Shown here: positions 1-8,118 of the stretch, one piece after another | How positions within the stretch are numbered: position 1 is the stretch's first letter | How the letters are laid out: the number at the start of each line of letters is the position of its first letter | Made by a program: the position numbers and the translations under genes | NCBI GenBank assembly: GCA_963663035.1 | Contig: OY760074.1 | Location: 2,240,001 to 2,304,000, forward strand | Length of the DNA stretch: 64,000 nt | Direction of reading: 5' to 3' | Source: Acidobacteriota bacterium | GTDB taxonomy: Bacteria; Acidobacteriota; UBA6911; RPQK01; JADFOI01 | The notes under the pieces: model-generated | Seen by the model: the letters and a program-made list of their open reading frames with translations, nothing else | Told to the model about the DNA's origin: nothing | Database searches by the model: none

Positions 1-1
1 G

Positions 2-1588
2 CAGAGTCCGCAGGGAGAGGGTTTTGAGGGAGCCCAGGAGCAGTGGGAGGCCCTGTCCAAGTGGGTACAGCAGACAGAGACCGGGGAGCGCTCCGAATTG
101 AGTTGGATGGGTGATGAGGATGTTCTTTGGAGACATCTTGATGCTCGAAGCGACACCTGCACAGGGCAAAGGTGCTCGCTCTTTGACCAGTGCTACGTGA
201 CCCGAATGCGCCAGAGGGCTCTGGAGTCCGATCTGATCGTGGTCAACCATGCGCTGTTATTCGCACATCTGGCCCTTGAAAACGATGAGATCGGCTGCCT
301 GCTGCCCAATTTTTCCGTCCTTATTCTGGATGAAGCCCACGAAGTTGAGGAGATTGCAGCCAACCACTTCGGAAAGCGGATCAGCCACTATCAGATCGAA
401 GAGTTTTGCCGTCAGTCCGGTAAAGTTTTTTCGGACTCTGCCGAGTTAGCAGGCCTGGTGGCTAAGGTTCAAGCCTCTTCAACCGCTTTTTTCAACTCAT
501 TTCCGGGCCTCATGGGGCGCTATTCCCTGAATTTTTATCAGCAACCGGACGGGATGACCCTCGACCTGCGCACTGAAGTTCTCGAAGAGTTCCGACGGCT
601 GCAACGATCACTTCTGGCCCTCCACCACAACCTCCAGAACCAGAGTCAACTCCCAGGCGATTCCGATCCGCTGGTTCGTCGCCTGGAACAGATGTCGGCT
701 ACCTTGGAAGAGATCTTTAACCTGGAAGACTCCGAAAACGTTTACTGGTTCGAGAAGAGGTCGCGAGGAGTCTTTCTCCATGTCAACCCAATCGAAGTCG
801 CGCCGATCCTACGGGAGAAGCTCTTTTCAAGAACCGACACAACCATTCTCACATCGGCCACTCTCACCACCAATAACGATTTCGAATACTTCAAGGAAAG
901 ACTGGGTATTCCGGAGCCCAGGGAAGTGATTGCAGCCAGCGAATTCAACTATTCAGAACAAGCCATTCTCTACATCCCTCGGTCCTTTCCTGAGCCCCGC
1001 TCACCCCATTATCTCCCCCGTGCTCTCACTGAGATTCAGGAGATTCTTGGCATTACCCGAGGATATGCCTTCTTGCTTTTCACCAGTTTCGCTCACATGA
1101 ATTGTGTTTATGAAGCCCTCCGTGAAAGGACTTCTTTTCCACTGCTACGGCAGGGAGATCTGCCCAAGAATCAGCTGCTGGAGAGGTTCAGAGCAACACC
1201 CCACGCCGTGCTCTGCGCGACCTCCAGTTTTTGGCAGGGAGTGGACGTTCAGGGCGATGCTTTACGTGCTGTCATTATTGACAAATTGCCTTTTCTCGTG
1301 CCCACTGAGCCCCTGGTCGCTGCCCGCATTAACTGGCTGGAAAAAGAGGGAGCCAATCCCTTTCTGCGCTACACTGTTCCCCAAGCCATTATTACCCTGA
1401 AGCAAGGGTTGGGCAGGCTTATCCGGTCCCGTCAGGACCGGGGAATTCTGGCTGTCCTTGACACACGGCTTCGCACTCGGAGTTACGGCAAGCTCTTCCT
1501 GCAAAGCTTGCCAAATTGTGCCGTAACCGATAAAATTGAAGAGTTACGAGACTTCTGTCAGGAAAAAGCATCAGGAATAAAGAGATAG
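2..1588 (+). CDS. DinG/YoaA-family ATP-dependent DNA helicase, 5'-truncated by the window edge
   Basis: The frame is open from base 2 (W..TETGERSEL). It has the DEAH box (ILDEAHE), Fe-S-type Cys (CTGQRC...C), VVNHALL, TSATL, GVDVQG and QGLGRLIRS motifs. Confidence 0.9.
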   Translation, partial: QSPQGEGFEGAQEQWEALSKWVQQTETGERSELSWMGDEDVLWRHLDARSDTCTGQRCSLFDQCYVTRMRQRALESDLIVVNHALLFAHLALENDEIGCLLPNFSVLILDEAHEVEEIAANHFGKRISHYQIEEFCRQSGKVFSDSAELAGLVAKVQASSTAFFNSFPGLMGRYSLNFYQQPDGMTLDLRTEVLEEFRRLQRSLLALHHNLQNQSQLPGDSDPLVRRLEQMSATLEEIFNLEDSENVYWFEKRSRGVFLHVNPIEVAPILREKLFSRTDTTILTSATLTTNNDFEYFKERLGIPEPREVIAASEFNYSEQAILYIPRSFPEPRSPHYLPRALTEIQEILGITRGYAFLLFTSFAHMNCVYEALRERTSFPLLRQGDLPKNQLLERFRATPHAVLCATSSFWQGVDVQGDALRAVIIDKLPFLVPTEPLVAARINWLEKEGANPFLRYTVPQAIITLKQGLGRLIRSRQDRGILAVLDTRLRTRSYGKLFLQSLPNCAVTDKIEELRDFCQEKASGIKR

Positions 1589-1602
1589 AAGGGAGTCAAT
1601 AT

Positions 1603-2619
1603 ATGAAGGGCAACACCACAAGAATTCTTCTCTTTACCCTTTTTTCAACTTTGTTCATCGCCCACCTTCATGCTCAACTCGGTGCCGTGTGGGGAACAGT
1701 AGCAGACGAGGAGGGTAATCCTATCGAGGACGTCTTGATCAGAATCGAAGGCATGGAATCTACAAGAAAGTACCAGGTCGAGACCGACTCAAAGGGTCAA
1801 TTCCTGCACACAACAGTCACACGACAGGGGACTTACCGTGTCATAGCCCAAAAAGAAGGCTACGAAAGCACTTACATAGAAAACCTGCGAGTTGGCACTG
1901 ATCGGAGTGATAGGACCGGAAACGTCGAGTTCACCATGGTCAGGGGGAAGGCAGGCCTGTTAGCTTTTGAAATGAGTGATGAAGACATGGAGGCGCTAGT
2001 AGTATCCGCTGAGGAGGCGGAAAAGCTTGCAGAATCCGCTGAGGAAGTCAGACTCAATCTCGATCAAGGGCTGGCACTATACAATCAAGGGCAATACGAG
2101 CAAGCTCTGGAGATTTTCAACGCTGCAGCGGCATTGGATGGGAAGCAACCGACACTGTGGGCCAATGTTGGCAACGCCTACTCGAAAATGAATCAGCATG
2201 AGCAGGCTATTGTGGCCTATGCTAAGGCGATCGCGCTGGCGCCGGAGGACCACACTCTTTATCAGAATCTGGGTGGCATCTATGGCGCCATGGGGAATAC
2301 GGCAAAGGCTCAGGAACTCTATGAAAAGGCAGTCGGTCTCAGTGCCTATGGGGATCCCAAGGATGCCGCCGTCAACTACTACAATATGGGCGTCACCTTC
2401 ATCAACGCCGGTCAGAGTGCAGAAGCCGTCGAGGCTCTCACCAAAGCGATCGAGGCGGATCCTGCCCACGCAGAATCACACTACCAATTGGGGATCTCGC
2501 TGCTGGGAAACAACGAGCTGGAAGGAAGTCTGGAGCACCTGAGCTCCTACCTTGAGCTTTCCCCGAACGGACCCAATGTCGACGCGGCTAAGTCGCTGAT
2601 CGAAATGCTTGGACCTTAG
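1603..2619 (+). CDS. Exported TPR protein with an N-terminal carboxypeptidase-regulatory-like domain
   Basis: Signal peptide (..LHA/Q), GTVADEEGNPI beta-domain start, and several TPR repeats (YNMG..AV..KAIE.DP). Confidence 0.8.
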   Translation: MKGNTTRILLFTLFSTLFIAHLHAQLGAVWGTVADEEGNPIEDVLIRIEGMESTRKYQVETDSKGQFLHTTVTRQGTYRVIAQKEGYESTYIENLRVGTDRSDRTGNVEFTMVRGKAGLLAFEMSDEDMEALVVSAEEAEKLAESAEEVRLNLDQGLALYNQGQYEQALEIFNAAAALDGKQPTLWANVGNAYSKMNQHEQAIVAYAKAIALAPEDHTLYQNLGGIYGAMGNTAKAQELYEKAVGLSAYGDPKDAAVNYYNMGVTFINAGQSAEAVEALTKAIEADPAHAESHYQLGISLLGNNELEGSLEHLSSYLELSPNGPNVDAAKSLIEMLGP

Positions 2620-2666
2620 TACTCACTGAGCTAACAAGGCTCGGAGTTTCTACGCGTTTAATCTAG

Positions 2667-2870
2667 CCCGAATTATTCATAGGTTCTCGTCATGAAGCGG
2701 CGAAAGCGCCGGTCTGACAAGGCGCGCGAGGGGTACCCGCCACGGGTCGGCTCCCGCAAACGTACTCTTGAGTACGTTGAGGAGGCGAGGGGTACCCGCT
2801 TGCGGGTCGCGCAACGCTGGCGGGGCGGATGATTTAGCCGCTGCAGTAGAGAATTTGTGAATAATCCGGG
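2667..2870. mobile_element. MITE family A copy 1 (IS1380-type ends)
   Basis: Terminal IRs are CCCGAATTATTCATAGG and rc CCCGGATTATTCACAAA. It follows CTAG, and its interior recurs at five other loci. Confidence 0.85.
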
Positions 2871-2876
2871 CTGACG

Positions 2877-3566
2877 TCACTTGTAGCGCTCAGCTGCCTG
2901 GCAGCCTAACTGAGCCAGATCAGAAAGTGCCGACAATGCAGCTTGGCGAACCTCTTCGCTATCATCCTCGGTTAGCGAAATCATTTCCTGCAAGACGGTA
3001 TCGGGAAGCTCGCTGGGGCGGTGCCAATAAGCCACAGCCAGTTCCATGACTGCCTGGGCACGCAGCTCTGTGTCCTTTTCCCTCATGAGATTGGTCAGTT
3101 CTTTCACCGCAACCACGGCACCTTGCTGCGCGAGATTTCCAATGGCTGAAAGAACCCAGCTCTTTCGATGGGAAACCAAAGGGCTCCCTCGGGAGGCCAG
3201 CTTGTAAATGTTCAGAAGCAGCTCAACGGCCTGGCCATCCCCCATCTCCCCCAGAGCGTTAATTATGGAGGCTTGCAAAGACCCGGTGCCCTTACCCTTA
3301 AAGGTGGCAGGCCTCATGAAAACTTTGTAGAGAGGCTCAATGGCGCGGGGATCGCCGAGGCTGCCAAGAGCCACAGCAGAGAATTCTCTTTGCTCCCGTT
3401 TCCCCGATTGGAGAAGCTTGAGAAGAGGATCAAAAAACAAGGGAGAGCGGACGATGCTGATGTGAGGAAGGGCCTCATAAAGCTTCTTTTCGTTTCCCTC
3501 CTCCAGAATTTTCAGACAGGTCTCAGTAAGCCTCTCGCGACCGCCAATGTCTGTGCCACGATACAT
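2877..3566 (-). CDS. HEAT-repeat protein
   Basis: Repeated A..ALG.LGD..A.E.L motifs. Confidence 0.75.
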   Translation of the reverse strand: MYRGTDIGGRERLTETCLKILEEGNEKKLYEALPHISIVRSPLFFDPLLKLLQSGKREQREFSAVALGSLGDPRAIEPLYKVFMRPATFKGKGTGSLQASIINALGEMGDGQAVELLLNIYKLASRGSPLVSHRKSWVLSAIGNLAQQGAVVAVKELTNLMREKDTELRAQAVMELAVAYWHRPSELPDTVLQEMISLTEDDSEEVRQAALSALSDLAQLGCQAAERYK

Positions 3567-3738
3567 AGTTTCTCAGCGAGTCCGAGTAGAGGAAAGGTCG
3601 TATGCATTTTCGCTCACCATGAAATTCTACCGTTGAAGACCCCAGTTTGGCATGGGCAATCTCCACTCCCTAAGCAACTCCTTTCCTCAAAGCATCCAAG
3701 GCTTTTTTAGACATTATTATGATAACATACACCCTTCT

Positions 3739-4338
3739 ATGCACAGCAAACAGTTGGTTACCGGCGCGGTCGGAATAGTGATCGGCTTTATCCTGGGATT
3801 CTTTACTTTTCAGGTTCTCGTGCAAGACCCATCAGGAGTGGGCGAACAGGGGTCTGCGACCAGCGCTTCAGCTTCCTCTCAGCTTCCAGCGGAGCATCCT
3901 CCCGAGGAAGTGATGGAAAGCCTGCGCGAACTTCAGAGCCTGGCACAAACTGATCCACAGGACAGTCAGGTCCGAATATCAATCGGAGATTCCTATTACG
4001 ATATGGGCCGCTTCGATGCAGCGATCGATTGGTATGAACAAGCCCTGCAGCTGGAACCGAACAATGTGAACGTACGGACTGATCTTGGAACCGCTTACTT
4101 GTACAGCGGCAACCCAATCAAGGCCGTGGACCGGTACAAACGATCGCTCGAAATCGAACCTGACCATGTCCAGACACTGCAGAATATTAGTGTGGCCTAC
4201 CTTTCGACCAGCAACTATGCCGAAGCGGTCGCGAATTTGGAAAAGCTGCTCGAGTTTCATCCAGACTATCCTCAGCGACAGGAAATCGAGCAGCAGATTG
4301 CGTCTATAAGAAACAACATGCAAGGAGATCCTCCTTAA
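3739..4338 (+). CDS. Membrane-anchored TPR protein
   Basis: N-terminal TM helix, LPAEHP motif and three TPRs. The start is placed at MHSKQ (ORF track starts at 3652). Confidence 0.75.
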   Translation: MHSKQLVTGAVGIVIGFILGFFTFQVLVQDPSGVGEQGSATSASASSQLPAEHPPEEVMESLRELQSLAQTDPQDSQVRISIGDSYYDMGRFDAAIDWYEQALQLEPNNVNVRTDLGTAYLYSGNPIKAVDRYKRSLEIEPDHVQTLQNISVAYLSTSNYAEAVANLEKLLEFHPDYPQRQEIEQQIASIRNNMQGDPP

Positions 4339-4608
4339 GTACTCCCTTTGAAAAATACGATGACGTTTGCGGATGGGGCTTGCGAGGCGAGGTCGCGAAG
4401 GGAGGAGGAGGCGATGCAGAGACATCGACGACGACGAGAGACAAAGAGATCGCCCGCAACCCCCATCCGCCCAAAGGGTTGGGGCGGGATGGGCCCATCT
4501 CTTTGTTGCTCCTCCTCGCCGATGTCTCGACATCGACTCGTCGTCGCGCCTCGATCTGGGCTCCGTCGCGCTCCCAACAAACGTCATCGTATTTTTGAAA
4601 GTGAGTAC
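4339..4608. mobile_element. MITE family B copy 1 (270 bp)
   Basis: About 30-bp terminal IRs GTACTC(C/A)CTTT(G/C)AAAAATACGATGACG, flanked by TAA/TAA. The interior recurs at four other loci. Confidence 0.85.
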
Positions 4609-4613
4609 TAAAG

Positions 4614-4928
4614 ATGGTCTGGATCAGCAGGATTCTTTATTTTCTTCTCTTGTTGGTCGGCTTCAGATTGATCGGCTCCTTTTTCGCCCGAGTTTTCACT
4701 GCATCGAAGAACGCAAGAGCCAGATCAGGTGCCGGCTCAAACCAAGCTGGAAAAACGATTGCCGGTCAAATGATCAAGGACCCCCAATGCGGCATGTACG
4801 TCGCCACGGACTTGGCGGTTGCGGCGGAAGTGAACGGACAAACTTTTCACTTTTGCTCCGAGGAGTGCCGCAATCACTTCATCAACGAGCAAGTGAGGAA
4901 CAACCGAACTAACAGACAAGCGGTGTGA
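4614..4928 (+). CDS. YHS/TRASH-domain membrane protein
   Basis: N-terminal TM helix, then DPQCGMYV...FCSEEC. Confidence 0.8.
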   Translation: MVWISRILYFLLLLVGFRLIGSFFARVFTASKNARARSGAGSNQAGKTIAGQMIKDPQCGMYVATDLAVAAEVNGQTFHFCSEECRNHFINEQVRNNRTNRQAV

Positions 4929-4974
4929 CCATGCCCGTGGTTTCCTGCACCACCCTGCCACGAGGGCCCTTTCT

Positions 4975-5829
4975 GTGAAAATTGGTATCGTAGCTAAACC
5001 CCACAGCACGAATTTTGCTGCCACTCTGGAGGAAGTCTTGACGTGGCTGCGAGCTCGGGGCTGCGAGATCATTGTGGAGGACAGCATCGTTCAGACTGTG
5101 AAGCTGAAGGACGTGGTCACCGCAACTCGGGAGAAACTTGCAGAGCTAGTGGATGTCATCGTGGTCTTCGGTGGGGACGGCACCATGCTCTCCGTGGCGC
5201 GGTCTATTCAAGGTCGCGCCACTCCGATTCTCGGCGTCAATATGGGTTCTCTGGGATTCCTGACCGAAATAACGCTGGATGAACTCTATCCTACACTGGA
5301 GCAGCTGTTGGAAGGCAAGCACACGATCGATCGCCGTAGTATGCTCAAAATTGAGGTCCTGAGCACCAACGGTTCAGTGAGAACCTACCACGCCCTCAAC
5401 GACGCCGTCATCAACAAAGGAGCGATGGCCCGGATCATTAGCATGGACACATTTGTCAATGAGGACTTCATTGCTAATTTTCCGGCCGACGGGATGATTA
5501 TCTCCACTCCTACAGGCTCTACAGCATATTCTCTGTCAGCCGGCGGTCCAGTCCTCTATCCAACCCTTGACTCCGTGGTGCTGACTCCCATTTGTTCCCA
5601 CACACTGACCAATCGTCCCTTGGTGATTCCGGCGGAAAACAGCATTCGTGTGGTGGTGAAATCCGGTGAAGATGTCATGTTGACGGTTGATGGCCAGGTG
5701 GGGGTGGCCTTGAAGGAGGGAGAAGAGATTCGCTGTTCCCAGTCAGACTATCGGATCGAACTGATTCAGCCCGGCAATAAAGGCTTCTTCGATGTTCTCC
5801 GGGAGAAGTTAAAGTGGGGAGAAAGGTAG
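4975..5829 (+). CDS. nadK: NAD(+) kinase
   Basis: GGDGT, GVNMGSLGFL, LND and STPTGSTAYSLSAGGP motifs. Confidence 0.95.
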   Translation: MKIGIVAKPHSTNFAATLEEVLTWLRARGCEIIVEDSIVQTVKLKDVVTATREKLAELVDVIVVFGGDGTMLSVARSIQGRATPILGVNMGSLGFLTEITLDELYPTLEQLLEGKHTIDRRSMLKIEVLSTNGSVRTYHALNDAVINKGAMARIISMDTFVNEDFIANFPADGMIISTPTGSTAYSLSAGGPVLYPTLDSVVLTPICSHTLTNRPLVIPAENSIRVVVKSGEDVMLTVDGQVGVALKEGEEIRCSQSDYRIELIQPGNKGFFDVLREKLKWGER

Positions 5830-5847
5830 AGCTCGCTACGCGGGCCT

Positions 5848-6891
5848 ATGCAATTCGGAATCGTTCTGGACAGCATCTTTACACGCCATTCTACGCCAGC
5901 AGGGCATCCAGAACGGCCCGCGCGGATTGAGGCAATCCTGGAAGCCGTTGAAAGGTGGGACCAAACCCGACAGTTAGTGCGAATCGCACCCAGCCCTGTG
6001 CCAGAGGAGTCGATCCTTGCCGTGCACACCAGCGAGCACTTTCAAGGCATCCGGCGCACGGCTGGGCAGAGCGTTGCTCAGCTCGATCCGGATACCTACA
6101 CCAGTCCTGATTCATTCCAGACTGCCATTCTGGCAGCCGGAAGCGTTGTGACTCTCCTGGACCAGTTACTGGAAAAGCACATCGACTCTGGATTTGCCCT
6201 GATTCGGCCACCGGGCCACCATGCTGAGAGCAACCGGGCGATGGGATTTTGTCTCCTCAACAACGTCGCGGTTGCTGCCGAGTGGGCTATCAGCAACGGT
6301 GGGTTAGAGAAGGTGGCCATTGTTGATTTTGACGTCCACCACGGAAACGGAACTCAGGAGATCTTCTACTCGCGGTCCGATGTACTCTACCTGTCCACCC
6401 ATCAGTATCCCTTTTACCCAGGGACCGGTCATTTCAATGAGATGGGTGAGAGTCAGGGTGAAGGCTTCACCGTCAACTTTCCGCTTCGCGCCGGCGGTGG
6501 AAATCATTTTTACTGCTCTCTCTTCAGTGACTTCGTGCTTCCTATGATTCGCCAATTTGATCCCAACCTGATTTTGGTTTCAGCCGGCTACGATGCCCAC
6601 AGGAGTGATCCCCTGGCCGGCATGAATCTCGAAACAGAGGGATTCGGTCAGCTCTTCAATCTGCTCAACTCCGTAGCACAAGAGATTTGTGAGGGTCGTA
6701 TCGTGTATGTCCTGGAAGGAGGGTACAACTTGAAGGCCTTGTCGGAGGCCGTTGTCTGTTCCATTGCCACAACAGTGAATCCCCAAAACTTTCCAATCCA
6801 GGAGGAGCAGGCCGTGGAATACATGAATTATCGAGAACAGGCACGGCAGGTTTTCTCGCGCCACTGGGAAGTGGGGAACGCTAACCACTGA
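5848..6891 (+). CDS. Zn-dependent histone-deacetylase-family protein
   Basis: HPERP, RPPGHH, DFDVHHGNGT, SAGYDAH and LEGGY motifs. Confidence 0.93.
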   Translation: MQFGIVLDSIFTRHSTPAGHPERPARIEAILEAVERWDQTRQLVRIAPSPVPEESILAVHTSEHFQGIRRTAGQSVAQLDPDTYTSPDSFQTAILAAGSVVTLLDQLLEKHIDSGFALIRPPGHHAESNRAMGFCLLNNVAVAAEWAISNGGLEKVAIVDFDVHHGNGTQEIFYSRSDVLYLSTHQYPFYPGTGHFNEMGESQGEGFTVNFPLRAGGGNHFYCSLFSDFVLPMIRQFDPNLILVSAGYDAHRSDPLAGMNLETEGFGQLFNLLNSVAQEICEGRIVYVLEGGYNLKALSEAVVCSIATTVNPQNFPIQEEQAVEYMNYREQARQVFSRHWEVGNANH

Positions 6892-6942
6892 CCACTGACC
6901 ACTGACCACTGACAACTGACAACTGACAGCTGACAGCTGACA
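6884..6942 (+). repeat. Heptamer tandem repeat (ACCACTG)4(ACAACTG)2(ACAGCTG)2
   Basis: Read directly from the sequence; it contains the stop codon of the deacetylase gene. Confidence 0.95.
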
Positions 6943-6949
6943 TGGGAGT

Positions 6950-7723
6950 TCAGAAGTCGGGCTGGCCGGCTCTTTCCCAGGCCATCCACCACAGGGAGCC
7001 CACTCGATAAGCGGCTTGATTCAAGCGCTCTTCCACGACCGTTCCCACTTGGTCAAACAGAAGGCTGAAGTACTGATCAGGGTATTGCTTTCGGTCTATT
7101 CCCAATTCTGAAACGATCCGTCGATCGGCCAGGAGAATCTTCTCCACCCACTGGTGACTCTCCAGAACAATATCGTAAAGCGTCGGCTGTACCTGTCCAA
7201 GATCGGTTGGAGCGGATTCCGAAAAATGAATCTGGTCAAGATTGAAATTCACCAGGTCACTTTCAAATCGAGCATGGAGCCCCACCTGTCCCGTGAGCTG
7301 ACCGTCGAAGTTCTCGGTGGTATGAAAAGGTTGGTGAAGATCAGCCACATAGTGGGAGAGATCTGAGCCGTAAAGCAAGATCTGTTCAAGATCCCGGCGC
7401 TGGAAGGCTTCGACCAGTCGGTTGAAGGTCCCGTGCGCTGCCCACAGGCCGGTCCCGTTTCTCTGTACTGTCTCTTCCCCCAACTGACCGACTAACTGGC
7501 CGTAATCCAGTTCGAGAAGGGAGAAGGGGAACTCACCATATCGTTCCAGATCAACAAAGTGGCGAGAGGATTCCTCCGGATCCCGATCCTTTCGGTAATC
7601 AGGGACCATGGTTTGCGCAACGACGCTGCTGCGGTGCTTCGAAAGGAGCTCTTCGAGATGCCCCTCGAGGTTATCGATAGCCCTGTTGGTCACCCAGTGG
7701 TGCCCGCTGGGACCCCAGGCCAA
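6950..7723 (-). CDS. S1/P1 nuclease / Zn phospholipase C-like protein
   Basis: Mature N-terminus WG..GH, plus HFVD, HYVADLHQPFH and H..FES Zn-ligand motifs. The start is uncertain (see findings). Confidence 0.85.
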   Translation of the reverse strand: MAWGPSGHHWVTNRAIDNLEGHLEELLSKHRSSVVAQTMVPDYRKDRDPEESSRHFVDLERYGEFPFSLLELDYGQLVGQLGEETVQRNGTGLWAAHGTFNRLVEAFQRRDLEQILLYGSDLSHYVADLHQPFHTTENFDGQLTGQVGLHARFESDLVNFNLDQIHFSESAPTDLGQVQPTLYDIVLESHQWVEKILLADRRIVSELGIDRKQYPDQYFSLLFDQVGTVVEERLNQAAYRVGSLWWMAWERAGQPDF

Positions 7724-7776
7724 ACACTCCGATGTGAAAAAAACACAGAAGCAGACAATCGAAAAGAGGGGAAGGC

Positions 7777-8055
7777 TTAGACTGCCTGTTGGAATTTTCG
7801 TTTCAACTCCTCAGGCAGTCGATAGACGATCTGGCACGTTTCGCACTTGAGAAGAATAAGTTTTGGATCTTCCGGAAACTCTTGCCTGATCTCTTCGCGC
7901 AACTGCTTATCCGGCTCGTTGTAGTAACCGGCGAAAGGATGGTAGCGCTTGAGCCCTCCATGGCAGGGCTTTCCTTTGCCACCTGGCGCGGTACAAACTA
8001 CCTGTTTCGGTACAAGGTCTTTGATCACAGAATTCCCCCTGTTAAAGCTCTCCAT
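7777..8055 (-). CDS. Small Cys-containing (Zn-ribbon-like) hypothetical protein
   Basis: C-x8-C...CxxC pattern; lies co-directionally between polX and the nuclease gene. Confidence 0.6.
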   Translation of the reverse strand: MESFNRGNSVIKDLVPKQVVCTAPGGKGKPCHGGLKRYHPFAGYYNEPDKQLREEIRQEFPEDPKLILLKCETCQIVYRLPEELKRKFQQAV

Positions 8056-8090
8056 TGTAGCGAACAGGACTTACAGATTCCACGTTTCCC

Positions 8091-8118
8091 TGTCAGGTGT
8101 CAGCTGTCAGTGGTCAGC
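8091..8118 (-). repeat. Degenerate CTGACMN heptamer repeat at the polX stop
   Basis: The minus strand reads GCTGACCACTGACAGCTGACACCTGACA, the same unit as at 6884. Confidence 0.75.

Noticed and set aside
2677-2880. Recurring peptide LLNVLKSTFAG in small ORFs (also near 15151 and 32000)
   Set aside because: It is a translation of the family A core and is absent or frameshifted in other copies, so there is no evidence of coding.
4304-4912. Several overlapping Arg/Ser-rich ORFs, with similar ones at 10224-10451, 50562-50837, 51855-52175 and 55946-56527
   Set aside because: They are translations of the GC-rich family B element in various frames, with inconsistent starts and stops between copies.
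6884-6942. Possible CRISPR array
   Set aside because: The units are 7 nt with no spacers, and there are no cas genes in the window.
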